Assembly: GCA_973895155.1 (NCBI GenBank)
Contig: OZ316892.1
Location: 16,916,357-16,980,356, forward strand
Direction of reading: 5' to 3'
DNA: 64,000 nucleotides
Source of the DNA: Marsupella aquatica
Lineage: Eukaryota > Plantae > Marchantiophyta
The notes beneath the pieces were generated by a model that worked only from the letters and a program-made list of their open reading frames with translations, ran no database searches and had not been told where the DNA came from. Below are positions 39,039 through 51,629 of the stretch, in pieces (within the stretch, counting starts at the first letter, position 1; each line of letters opens with the position of its first letter). Both the position numbers and the translations under genes were made by a program.

Positions 39039-39664
39039 TGTATTCACTTTCAATTATCCCCTTAGAGTCAGGCTTCACTCCAGAGAGTAGCCCTGAAGAG
39101 TGTGTTTTGATGTGCTTTATTAGTAAGAAGCTGTACACAATCATTAATTGAGGGCCTATGTGAAAGTGACGGTGCAGAGATGAGGAAAGATGAAAAGGAA
39201 GTAGCATGGAATCCTTCGTTTTGCAGGTTTTTTTTTCCTCTTCATCTCCATTTTTGTTCAAGGAAGGGATCATGAGACTAGTGCCACTAACTACAATCCA
39301 CTCTTCTTAAGTGCATACTCCAGTGAAGAAGGCCAGCCCTTGCACTTACATGTTGTTCTCACTGCATGTTGATCGCACATTCTTGGACTTTGCATCTATA
39401 GATAAGTAATACCATGATTCTCCTTTCGTTTGTCCCTTGTCACACTTGAAAATTTACGATCTCATATTTCAGTAGGAGTCTGTGGCTTTACGGGTGATAT
39501 TGTAGATCCTATCCTAAACCGGTCTCATACCTGCAACATCAACTTTACATAAAATGGTATTCATTTAGGGGTACATTGCAAGACTAGCATAACACTTTAT
39601 TTCTATTTTGAATTTGATAAAGTGTATCTCAATCATTCATTCAACCTGCCTGGGCTTCATTTGC

Positions 39665-40661
39665 GAGATATATGCTTGATGGGCCCCCTGGTGAACCTTT
39701 CTTACCTGATGGGCCCCTAGGAAACTTTTTTTACCAAGTAGGACCCCTCTTAATGACCAGTACACATGTTCTTGTGTGGTGCTTACACCTGTCCTTGTGT
39801 GGTGCCTACTATGTATGGTGACTCTAAGCAAACTGCACAGTTGAACCGTGCGGTCAACCTTGCATGGTCGACCAAGAAACCACGGAGATGATTTGGGAGA
39901 AACCGCGAAAAGCGACTACCGCTGCCGAATCTGCGATTTGAAGACAATATGCATTATGTCTACGGATTCACTGGGTTAATGCCTGAAGACACAATGGATT
40001 ATGTCATCGGGTTCAAATTTTTACTGTATCGTAAGGTAGTTATTAGGTATGTTTTTCACGTTGCGCACATGGGTTTTTCACGATGTTTTCATGCACGACT
40101 GTCAGCGTCAATGTGGGGTACCTCCAAATGTCCACAAAGAATATTCAAGTTCAATGTTCAAAATTTGCCTACTGCCGCCACAACAAAAATTGGCAAATGA
40201 TTGACAAATGCGCTCAAAAAATGGTAATACTCCCCTATGTAATGCATACAAACAATTCCAAAGAAGACAGACCCAAAGGTGTCGGGTACACCCTAAACCC
40301 TAAACCTTGAAACACAGGAATACATAATCTATTGAGTCTTCAGGCATTAACCCATTGAATCCGAAGACATAATGCATATTGTCTTCAAATCATAGTTTCG
40401 ACAGCGGCAGTCGCTTTTCGCAGTTTCTCCTGAATCATCTCCGTGGTTTCTCGGTCGACCATGCAAGGTTGACTGCACGGTTCAACTGTGCAGTTTGCTT
40501 GGAGTCACCATACATAGTAGGCACCAAACAAGGACAGGTGTAGGCACCACACAAGAACAGGTGTACTGGTCATTAAGAGGGGTCCTACTTGGTAAAAAAA
40601 GTTCCCTAGGGGCCCATCAGGTAAGAAAGGTTCACCATGGGGCCCATCAAGCATATATCTC
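39665..40661. mobile_element. Non-autonomous MULE-type element (997 bp) with ~340-bp TIRs
   Basis: TIRs 39665-40004 and 40322-40661 (GAGATATATGCTTGATGGGCCCC...). Exact 10-bp TSD CTTCATTTGC at 39655-39664 and 40662-40671. No coding capacity recognised. Confidence 0.93.
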
Positions 40662-41077
40662 CTTCATTTGCTTTAGAAACTTATTGTGGCAAGTTCTCTG
40701 TTGGGCAAGCCCGAACCTGTATGACCCCTTGGTTCGGGTATTTTTAAACATGCCTAGAGCTCTCAACCGGGCGGAAGACTATCACACCAAAGGAGGTGCG
40801 ATAATGTTATGGCCGTCTTGCCCTTGCGTTTTCAGCCTGCCCGGTCTGTCTTCTCTTTACACGAAGTCCACAGCACTATGCCCATTTTTTTGCCTTGGTC
40901 AGGTCTGGAGCACTAGTGGTACATAGAAACCTGGGCTCTCTTGCAGCCCTGGTAAAAACCTCTCAACCTGCTGCAGTCGTTTTGCAAAGTGCACCTTATC
41001 CTCATAGTTCCCTGTAATAGTTTCTGCTCTTTACCATGAATGTACATATACCCTTCTATTGCTCATTATTGGAGCTC

Positions 41078-41140
41078 TTAAACCACCATTGTCCAAGCAA
41101 AATGTGATGGATCCAGGTCACCATATTAGTCAAAATATTA
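41078..41140. mobile_element. Remnant terminus of the TTAA/ACCAC MITE family
   Basis: TTAA|ACCACCATTGTCCAAGCAAAA..TGGATCCAGGTCACCAT resembles 25181-25230. The other end is unclear. Confidence 0.45.
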
Positions 41141-44100
41141 TTAACAAAATAAAAAGGGTAATAAAAATTGCCTATTTTGTCTTCCCACAACTGAGGAGAC
41201 AACTGCAGGATAAATATAAAAAGTGCAATGGAAACTTTGCCAATTGGTAGAAAAGCATTTATTGAAAAGCTCACTGTACTAGGGAGTACTACATCATCAA
41301 GAAGATGTGCTGCACCGGGAATGCCGATGTACACCACAGCATTAAGTAGTCACCGCACAAGAGTTCATAATGTACAGAGCACCTTACACCGGGTACACCC
41401 AATGACATGGTCTGTCGGACCGTCATGGTCGGGCGGTGTGCCATGAGCGCAGGCTGTTCTTAATTAATGACAACAAGAGTCAACACCAACTGCACAGTAG
41501 TGCTACCCTCGTTTGTGCCAAACATTGAATTATAATTCATCTTAGGAAGCAACGCAAGGCCAAAACTCTGAGCTCTAATGTACTCTGATTTTTTTGGGTT
41601 GGTAGGGTTGGTACAAAAGGCTTGGAAAGATCTTTCCAAGAAGATTAATGTCTATCTTATTTCATTGAGAAATACTTACAGTTTTCCAAAGATGACGGTC
41701 TTGTTAGGTAGATGCGCTATATGAGTTTTGCTATGGTAAAGCTAAGATTGCAAAAGTCTATCAGAGCATTTTGGCAAACTTGGAGATCTATCCCGGCTTC
41801 AAATTTCATAACATTGTCTTTCTCATTTTAAAAATGGATATATACCGAAATGTTTACAACAAGATATTCTTGACATGACAAAATTACTTCTAAATTTTCA
41901 GCCTACCCAAATATATTTCAAGCTTTTAATAATGATTTGCTTACTGCGCTAACTGAGATAGCACCATATGACAGATGCCTGTTGCACGAAGAGAAGGTGA
42001 GAAAGGACGCACACTGCAGGTCCCCCTTCACCTGCAACCGGTTGTCAAGTAGCTCCCCAGTTTTAGGTTCCCAGATTTACTGAGTTGCCATTTATTCTCT
42101 GGATCCATTTTGTGCCATCTACCATGGGCTGCGCAAACTAACTCAGGTTAGGTTAAAGTGATCTGACGGTGGTGATCTGACGGTGGTCAGCTTGTACCTG
42201 TTTCTTTGTTGGACAGAGAGACTCCCCTCAGCCTGATTGGTCTATCCTGCTGGCGCCCTCCACCTTCCCGAACCGTTCCCTTGTGGTCACCTTTATTTTC
42301 TGATAGGAAGAGACCTGCCCCAAGTTGGAGGGCCACGGGAGTACGTATCAAGATTAGTCACTAGATGTAAATTTTGCCATTGTTTTGAGCTAATTGAGTT
42401 AGTTTTCATAATTCTGGTTTAAAAAATGGCAGTAAGTGGTTCTTAAACTAAAAAGAGTGACAATGTACATATTTCAAGAAAAAATAATGTAACCTACTCA
42501 ATCTCAAATTTTCAGTAGCTTGCCCCAGGAAGCTTTAAGCCGTCCACAGTTTTTGTTGTTGTATACTGGATAGCCTTTACTTGGGAGAATCTTCCTCAGA
42601 TGCATTGTGAACGGACATGCTCCTGAGGGCTTCACAGTTCCCAGAATGCCCTCTAGGTCTGATTTAATGATAAACAAAACCTAAACTTAGAAAACCTGTC
42701 TCAAACCTAAAGCAATCAAATGCCATAGGGGCCAGGCATCTACCAAAATGTCCTCCTAGGAGGGCTTTAGCTATACACATAATTAGTCACACATCCCCAG
42801 CACCCCTCCCTCCTTTGGAATCTTTTCCACTCAGAAACATTGCAGGCAATCTGGATGGCACACTGCTGGAAGAGCATGGATAACATTTCTACTTACTCTA
42901 ACTGAAACATGGGCCATAATCAAGTCCAGCAAATTGCAATTTCTTATCATTACCTCAAAAGTTCTTAAACACAAAAAAACACCTCCCAGGGCAAGTACTC
43001 ACTTGAGGGCATCACTAGCTCAATAACTTGGGTTGAACAGAAGATATTGTTACATAAAAGATTTGGTTCTGCAAACTATGTGGTGTAGAAGATGTTGTAC
43101 AAACTCAATGGATAAAACTTTTGCCCTATTGTTGGACGTTTGTCAGTTTACTTCTCATCCGTAGAACCTTTTAGATCTCACCTCATAGATCAAAAGGGGC
43201 AGGCCAAGGGAGGGAGGTTTGGGTGCAGACAACAAATCTTGGGGCCCATAAATTTAGTGAAAATTTTGTAAAATGACCATATCAGGAAAAGAGTGGGAGT
43301 ACTTATTATAGTTTTTGGTCTGTAACCTCACATCCTGCACCACAATCACCCAGCTCAAAAAGACATGCTTTGCATGTGACACCAAAGTAAGTCTTCCTTT
43401 TGTGTGTTTTTGCATGGATACCTACCCAGATTCCCCCTCCCCCTTCTCTTATCTCACTCTAGATCCCCGGGGAGTTGTTAGATGCAAATCCTAGGTGACT
43501 TGGGTGTGCTCTGAACCCAGGTGCCTGCTATGACCTCCTTGAGGCATTAGGGCACAAACCTCCCTGCAAGAGGGCACCAGAAAAGAAGAAAAATGAAGCA
43601 TAATGAAGGAGACTCATTTGCGAACACCAGCAAAGAAGAAAAATGAAGCATAATAAAGGAGAATCATATACTTGGCGAATCCTGGGAAGCATGTCTCTCT
43701 AGTAGAACCCCTCCCATTTTTACCTGGCTATTATCAAAAGCATAATAATAAAGAAGAATGGTTAATTTAGCATTAATTTAGAATACACAAGGGCACACCC
43801 AAATCGCAATTTGGTCTGCATACAGGTAGCCCACAGGGAGCATAATACCCCAGACCCTGCAAAAGCAAATAAGTCCTCACGGAGCCTATCATTTCTAATT
43901 GTGTCCACCCTAGTTTGAACAAACTCGAGATGTCTAGGAGGTGCACCTACAGTACAACCCTACAATGCTGTTTGCATGTTCTTTCCCACCTTGATTTCTC
44001 AACTTTTCGTCCCGACTTCCTAACCTAGACAACCCCATCAGGTTCAATGCTCAAGCTGCCCCAACTATGAGTTACAGCCGTGTATTTTTTATTTGCATAT

Positions 44101-44570
44101 TGCGTAGCAGCTGAAGGATACCCTTTTATTACCAACATGGATTGGTTATATTTCGTGGAATGTACAATTCCAATTTTCAGAGCTAAGGACTGCCCAAGGA
44201 AACTGCACAGGTGAAGATGTACAAGACGATCCAGAATTGGCAGGTTCCTTTTGTAAAGCTTCCTGACTGTATGGAGCCGATGCTCTAGCTGGTATCCACA
44301 TTTTCAGCATCACAATGATGCACCAGACTCGGGAGAAAAGAACCATGGGGTATTGATTTCCAAAATTTACTCCCAGCACATTCACATTCACAAGTGATAA
44401 ATTAGATATACGAGAAGAATTGGCTTATCGAAGATTTGCACCGATTTTCTACGAATACTTATACAGCCACGCAGACACCAAAATGTTGAGGTTCTGACAA
44501 GGGCACGCTGGAGGCCTCTATATCACCCTTGCAGTTTTCTACAACAGGGCTCCAGACTCGAGAGCGAACA

Positions 44571-47500
44571 CTACGATTTCGATATCGAGAGAGAAAGGTC
44601 CTGTAATTGTTGTGAATCAACTGATGCAGGTGCATTTGTAAGTAAACACTGCGCTGTTGTTGTCTTGGGAAAGGCTATCACATCTCGGATTGAAGCCTCA
44701 CCTGCCAAAAGCATAACCAAACGGTCCAATCCGTAGGCTATGCCCCCTGCAATTCAGTGAACATTTTGATCAGTAAATCACTGACATAGAGCCAACCTTT
44801 GAGCTATGCTATTTATGACTGCTTGCCCCAAATGAACTAGACTATTAGTAGGAACTTGGACAGTATATACCATGAGGAGGAGCTCCAAGGTCGAGCGCCT
44901 CTAGAAGATAGCCAAACTTTTCCTCCACCTGCATGCCAGTGATAGACTCAGAATCTAATAGTATTGCACTTGGAGCTTCCTATCGAACGCTTCATCCTGC
45001 AGATTTTTGGTGGCGTTTGAAGTCTAAACGTCATCGTTAATTATCTCTAACTTCTTTATATTCAAACAGCCAGTATGGTGTGGAATTAGCAAGCTTGTAG
45101 TCTATTAAAAATTTAAATTAAATCTAAGACAATCGTCCAAGGTCCCAACACTACAGTCAGAGGAAAATTTCATAATTTTTCCAGGCATTATCTGTTGTAT
45201 TGCCACCTGGATTTCTCTATGAAGTTGAAGGTTCACCTCTGATCGACAACATTGACGAACTGAAATCCAAATCCAAACAGTCGTAACCGCACCTGCTGAG
45301 GAGTCAATCCGATTGTCTCCATCACCCTTTCCTGAATCTCTCGACGGTATGTCCGCAAACTTCCACCACCAATCTGCAATGACCACCCAAGCAGGCTTCA
45401 ATTGCCGCTCTTGGTACGGAGTTACACTTTGAGATCAACCATGCGTGGATTCAGCAATATCAGGTGAAGTTTGTATAACTTTATTGAACATGGCGATGGA
45501 ATGAGAAATCAAACTAGTTTGAAGCGTCTCAAGCAAATATGAATCAAACTCATTTCTGTCGGGATTCTTTCCTGGAATTACCTCCACTCCATTGTAAACC
45601 ATGTCATAAGCTATCGCTCGAGCAGTTTTCAGGTCATCAATGTCATCTGGATGCGGTGCAGTGAAAGGATGATGCAGAGCCTGTCTTGCAGACATAGCAA
45701 ACACGACATTCAGAACAGGAAGGGAAACACATGAGTTGTTTATTTGTATCTGAAAATGATGGGTGCAAAACATCCAATGTCGGCTTGGAAAACTTATGCA
45801 AGGAACCAACGAACATACCAGATCAATATTTGGATCAAGTCTCTAGTTAGTAGAAAACATATATACACTATAATACTTTACGATAAATCTAATCCGAGTG
45901 ATCCCAGTCGTATGGGGTTACTAAGAATCAAGTACCAAGTTGTCTCATAAAGATGACCATAACGAATTCCATCCTCACCTCTAGTCTCTGTTCATCAGCA
46001 TTCCACTCGAACAGCGGAAAATCCTTGATCCATAAAACTGCATGTGATGACTGAAGGCACCCGATAGTACACGCGCATTAGTATAAATGAGTCTATCTAT
46101 CTGCCTTTGATATGTAAGACTTTTCGTGAAGTAATGGAAAACGATGGCAAACAGGAGTTTAAAATAAAGGTGACTTGTCTCTGGTAAGCTTCATATCTTC
46201 GGAAAGGCACTCTTCAACAATAGCAAAGAATCTAATTTCAAAATGCAAACAGTATCCTGAAATCAAGCATTCGCTATATTGAGATACTTTTCTACTTTTC
46301 TACTATTGCAGGATGAGAATTAGTTGTGCATCAGCCTTTTCTACATTAAAACTGTAATTTCAAAGCGACGTGGAGCCGAGTTTGAACCTTATCCACTAGA
46401 TCCAAGGTCTCAGCAAGAAATGTTCGGAGGCGACCCAGGCCCTTGGTTACAACGGATACTGAATCAACACCAAACAGAAGAAGATCTCCAGCCTTCGCCC
46501 CAACCCTCGACACCAAGGTGACCCTCTGATCGGGGGCAATACTTTGAGTGATGGGGGACGACTCGTCCAGCAGACCTGGTTACAAAGTGGATAATTCATG
46601 AGGGGCACTGAAGTATCAAGGACAAGCTTCGCCTCCACCATAAATTTCATCAGGGACTATTATCAACGTCTCTGAGGGACAAAGTGCGCATCCTGAGTCT
46701 GGTGCCTACATTTCAGGGTAACCGTGGTTGCTCCAAGATTTTAATCGCATACCTCCTTGAGTGATCCGCAAAAAAGGCAGCCCTTTCAGAGCAGCCTTCC
46801 TTGCTTCTTGAAACACATCGCCTTTCTTCAGTCGTGTGGCTGATATCGCAGAAGCTCCACCAGGCACACACACTGCTTTCACGACAGCACCTGCTTTTAT
46901 TGCCTCAGCAAATAGTGGAGCACTTGATTGAGAAAGAATATCAGTTACCTGCAAACGACAACAGCACCATGATATAATCAGATCTTGCTTGCAACCTATG
47001 TAGCCTTCATTGCTCCCAATCACGAGAACAGTGACAAGGACTTCACCTCATTGATTTCCATATCGAAGCGTGTATCAGGCTTATCTGATCCGTATCGAGA
47101 CATTGCCTCTGCATATGTTAGCCTTGGGAAAGGATCTGGAAGTTCAATGCCAGAGATCTCCCTGAATACCTACAGGCATAAGAATTTACAGATAAGTGGG
47201 TTCTCAAGAGTTGATTGCGCAATCTGTTTAACCCAAAATTCTATAGAAAGGTTGCTACATATCGAATCAGGCTTACTAATCTGTAAACAAAAGCATTGCG
47301 GTCGCATTGTGGATACCGATAGTCAAAGACGGATGCAAGGTAAGTGGAGTTGCATACATGTCTTATCAAGTCCTCGTTGAGCTTCAGCATGTCCTCCTCT
47401 GGTGTAAAGGCTAGCTCCATATCTAATTGAGTGAACTCAGGTTGCCTGTCTGCTCTCAAATCCTCGTCCCGAAAGCACCTGGGAAACAATTACATTCTTA

Positions 47501-50391
47501 AGCCATTTTTTATGTCATCTTTGGAATAATGCTTTAATGACCCTGACCGGAAAAGTCTTCCAGGTATGTTACATCCGCACAACTGAACAAATATTCTTCA
47601 ACTCAAGAGAACCGCTATTCAGAGCAAGTAAGACCTATCTCGCTGAAAACCTGGTAAGGCGAGAAATTGTGAGTTACCTTGCAACCTGATAATATCTGTC
47701 AAACCCTGAGACCATCAGCATCTGTTTGAAAAGCTGTGGACTTTGAGGAAGGGCATAAAACTGTCCTTGCTGTGCCCCCAAATAAAGAGCTATCAGTAGG
47801 AGTCTAAGTTAAATCGTATAAAATTTGTATATCAGCAGAGTGCAAATCTAGGGTCCTTCATAGTTCAGCAGCAGACAGAAGCGGTGATTGTATCTATGTT
47901 TGCAACTTGCCCACATCCTTCCTATCTGATTATAATACTTCCCAGATTACAATACCACCGCTGCTTTGGAGCCATCCAAGGCAAACAAAATAGAGCTCGA
48001 TTTGTATAACGTGGAGTGAGGTCCAACATTCCGAGATCAATAGAAATAAACATTACATCTCAAGTCAGACCTGAGCACATGTGAGCATACCTGGACACGG
48101 GATGGGACAAGAAAATCGCGGGCTCCTTCAGGAGTGGACCTCGTAAGAATGGGCGTTTCGATCTGAGCAACCCCGTTTACAAAATCAGGATCCCTCATTT
48201 TATGAAAGTAGAGGTGCAGTAAATAAAGACAGGACTCTGATTGTCGAAGGCAATGAAGGGAAGACTTCTGGTGGTCGCAACAGCTATGCTGCCTGGATGG
48301 AGGGTACCTCTACAAATTGATGACGGTCCTCAAGATACCGCCGAATCAGTTTTATAACGCTATGCCGAAGCCTCAAATTCTTGCTCATCTGTGTGCGCCT
48401 CAGATCAAGATGTCGGTACCTATCAACACAAGCACCTACACATCGCTTTCATGGATCTTTTCACTTACAAACCACAAAACAAATGTGACACCGAAGACAA
48501 GCTTGGAAAGCAAGTCTGCCCGAGGATAGGTTCCTGAGCCCAAGGTGAGGTGAAATATACGGAAACTCTAAAATCTACAATGATCTTTAGATTGGCATGG
48601 TCCAAGACAGCATCTAGGGCACGAGCGGCAACCGGTCATAGGCATAGGAGCAATGCATACCTCAAGCGAACTTCTTCACTAATTGTAACTCTTGCATCAT
48701 CTGCTGTTGTTATTGGGAACGGAAGTGCAACTCGTACTGGATTCAGAAGTTGGACAGTTTCCGCTAGTACCTGCGTGAAGGTTGCTCAAGTCAGGCAGCT
48801 GCAACCTATTTCATAACAATTAATTTAAAAGAGTTTTTTGTTTTTTTCAACTTACAGTTTTAAGACTAAATAATGTGCCAGATACAATCCATCACACTAT
48901 ACATATATCGTAATAAGCAAGTTTGGAGACCTAGAACGCCAAAAGGCACGTTATGACATGTTAGCCTTCAGCAAATCAGAATACTGGAGGAAATGTGCTT
49001 AAGGCAACGGCGGAACTACTGCTCTATGCCACAAGTACACCTGTATAGTATACTTGAAAGCTCATATTTACGCCTGCCACTGACACTTTGCAGATCAAGA
49101 TTTAATACTAAAGTCGTGAAGACTTCAAGGGGCCATTGTTTACGTCTGAGAGCATTGAGAGGACTTCTGGCTAGTAACAAGTCTACAAATTGGATTGGGG
49201 CCTGATAGACAATTTAAATTTCCAATCCTAATATAGAACATTACATGTCTTATTGTAAGCTTGTTGATAAATTAGACCACAACATTACCTCAACTGATCC
49301 TGTAGCCATCTTTAGGTTGAGTCCTTCCTTTGGTCGTCGTCGGACTGTCCCTTCAATTGCAACTACATACTCCATGCGCACCCTCTCTGCTGCTAAATGT
49401 GCCTCCAAGAAGTTCGTTGGGTCCGTAGTAATCTATTGGATGTACGCAATTCAGGACCGTCAAATTCTTCATGGAAACTTTTATTTTCTGCAACTAATGA
49501 TTCAATTTTAATAAATGACATCCCCAGTTGAGCGGCATCACGGCAATTTTCCCGAGCAATTCAAGCAATTTCTTCACTAGTAATCGACTATGAAAAAACT
49601 TAATCCCACCTAGTAGCTCTCTATAGCAGTAAACACGTTTGGTCAAGGTTTGAATACAGGTCTCGCGGGTGTGAGAGTCCACGTCTGACTAGAGAATTGG
49701 ATTAATATTGATGATTCCTGATTTTATGAGTATGTCCACCAGTAGTGTTCTTTACTGTAATATGCTGCCAAACAAGCATAAATTGAGCCATACGCCCTCA
49801 GTATCTGGCTTTTCCAAACAGCAAATCAGGCTACTTACGTAAAATTTTGAAATCTGCATAGAGTTCCTAAGAGCAAAGGCCCTAAACCCTAAACCCTAGC
49901 TGTGGTATATCTCTCTGGCCAAGAGACCGAATCGAAACCGAAGCGGGCTCCCAACAGAAGGCAGGCATGCGTACCTGGACTATACCCGTGTGGTCGCGCA
50001 AATTCACAAACGTCAAATTTCCATGGCTCCGGTGCGAAGCAACCCACCCACAAATGCGCACCCTCTCTCCTTCATTGGCTTCCGTGAGAGTCCCACAGTG
50101 ATGTGTGCGGCTGATCCACTCCAATCGCTCTGGCAAAATAAGCGCATTGGAAACCTGCTGATGCTTCGTAGGAGGAGACGATGCTGAAACACTAGCAAGG
50201 ACGGGACGCAATTGCATCCCCTGTTTACCACTTCTGCTGCTGCAGCTTCTGGAGGTTGTCAAGCTGGTTCCAGTCCAGAAATTGCTGCGCAGGAGAAGGA
50301 GCTTGTAAATTTGCAGTTGCAGCTGCGGCCTGGGTTGAAGGAGATCGGCTGCTCGTATCGATACCCACGGTACAACCCATCTGGCAGCCAT
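44571..50391 (-). CDS. Aspartate--tRNA ligase, bacterial-type, organellar (chloroplast/mitochondrial), ~15 exons
   Basis: Transit-peptide-like N-terminus, [21 protein letters not shown] (OB fold), [87 protein letters not shown] and [34 protein letters not shown]. Stop TAG at 44573-44571. Confidence 0.96.
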
Positions 50392-51306
50392 AGCCAAAGC
50401 TTGCTTTCTCAAGTGTATCGTTCACGTCGTTATGAACACTACCAGCACCGTCTTTATATCACTTACTTTGTTGGACTCCTCATCAACGAGTCTCTTCAAG
50501 ATTTTTCTTTCCTTCATAAAGAGAGAGCCCCATCCGAAGATCTCCAAGACTCCAAGATTCAGGTGACGGTTCCCTCAAAACTCATTTATTAGAACCCTTG
50601 GGTTCCACTATTAGACGCCCACCTGCAGATTCTATTTAATTCATTTCATGAAATGATAAAGAGACTGATCTTCAATTTTCTTTTTTTCTTCCTCAAAAAA
50701 CCAAATAAATTCCATTCAAATAGCCTGCATACAAAAGGGGCCCCAAAAAAGGGACACCAACCCAAAGGACCAAATGTCATTCAGGAGAGGCACGAACCAG
50801 GGACCAAGTTAAGCCTTAGGAGGCAACCAAACCAGAAGTTTAGAAACTACAAAGGGAGCAACACACTCCTAAAGACCAGCTAGTGATCAAGGACGGGTCC
50901 CTTCGAGTGGGTCCGTGAAAAAGGATGACTCTATCAGAAGTCTACCTGCAGTGCAGCCTCAAAACCTGTAGAAAAATGGTCTCACGGGGGACAAGGGGTG
51001 CGGGCTGGAATTGGAGTGTGTCTTCATGAACTTCCTATAGACCAGCCCATGTACTGTAGTCCAGTGATGCGCTTCTCCATAGGTGGTCTTCCTAGCACAG
51101 ATCCTGGCTTTGTGTTGGGCCAGTCAAGTCTAAGGTAAATGCCAAGCCAATGCCAAGATTTCCTGATAGCCCCTTGCAGTTCGGGTATGTAAGCTCGATG
51201 TAATGTTCACTGCAATTTTTCTTGATGTCTAGTCTTTAGTATATAGTAAGGTCCCCATACAAACATTGTAAGAAATAACACCCCCACAAAAATAGGGCCT
51301 TACCTG

Positions 51307-51629
51307 TGTGGGGAGAAATCAGATCAGGAAGAACACTCCAAACATACACGTGCTCAATAGTTACGTGGTTCGCCTCAAGGTTGGCTACGTCCACGGGAAT
51401 ACAAAGCTTTATTAACGGTTATGTGTGTACTCAAGCATCACCATAGCTCTCATCTGTTCAAGCTCTCATCTCTTGCCATATCACTGTGTTCTCTCTTGAG
51501 AACTCTCTTGTGTGTTCTCACACCACATAGAAGTTGAAGAGATAAGGACCAACTCTTCAACTAGGGTTTACTCTAACCCCAGTTAACATACTAACCATAG
51601 TTCAACCCAAGACTGAGTTAACCTCTACA
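51307..51629 (-). mobile_element. Probable solo LTR related to 12096-12443
   Basis: TGT...ACA ends, flanks ACCTG/ATCTG (4 of 5 match), and the shared TACGTGGTTC..GGCTACGTCCACGGGAA..AGCTTTATT motif. Confidence 0.55.

Noticed and set aside
39637-40926. Pair of similar ORFs on opposite strands (39637-39831 and 40495-40926)
   Set aside because: They are a by-product of the terminal inverted repeats.
50650-51300. Possible truncated LINE 3' end on the minus strand (similar-looking tracts at ~11050-11465 and ~27320-27950)
   Set aside because: Only composition and A/T-rich tails suggest it; no convincing motif or TSD was found.
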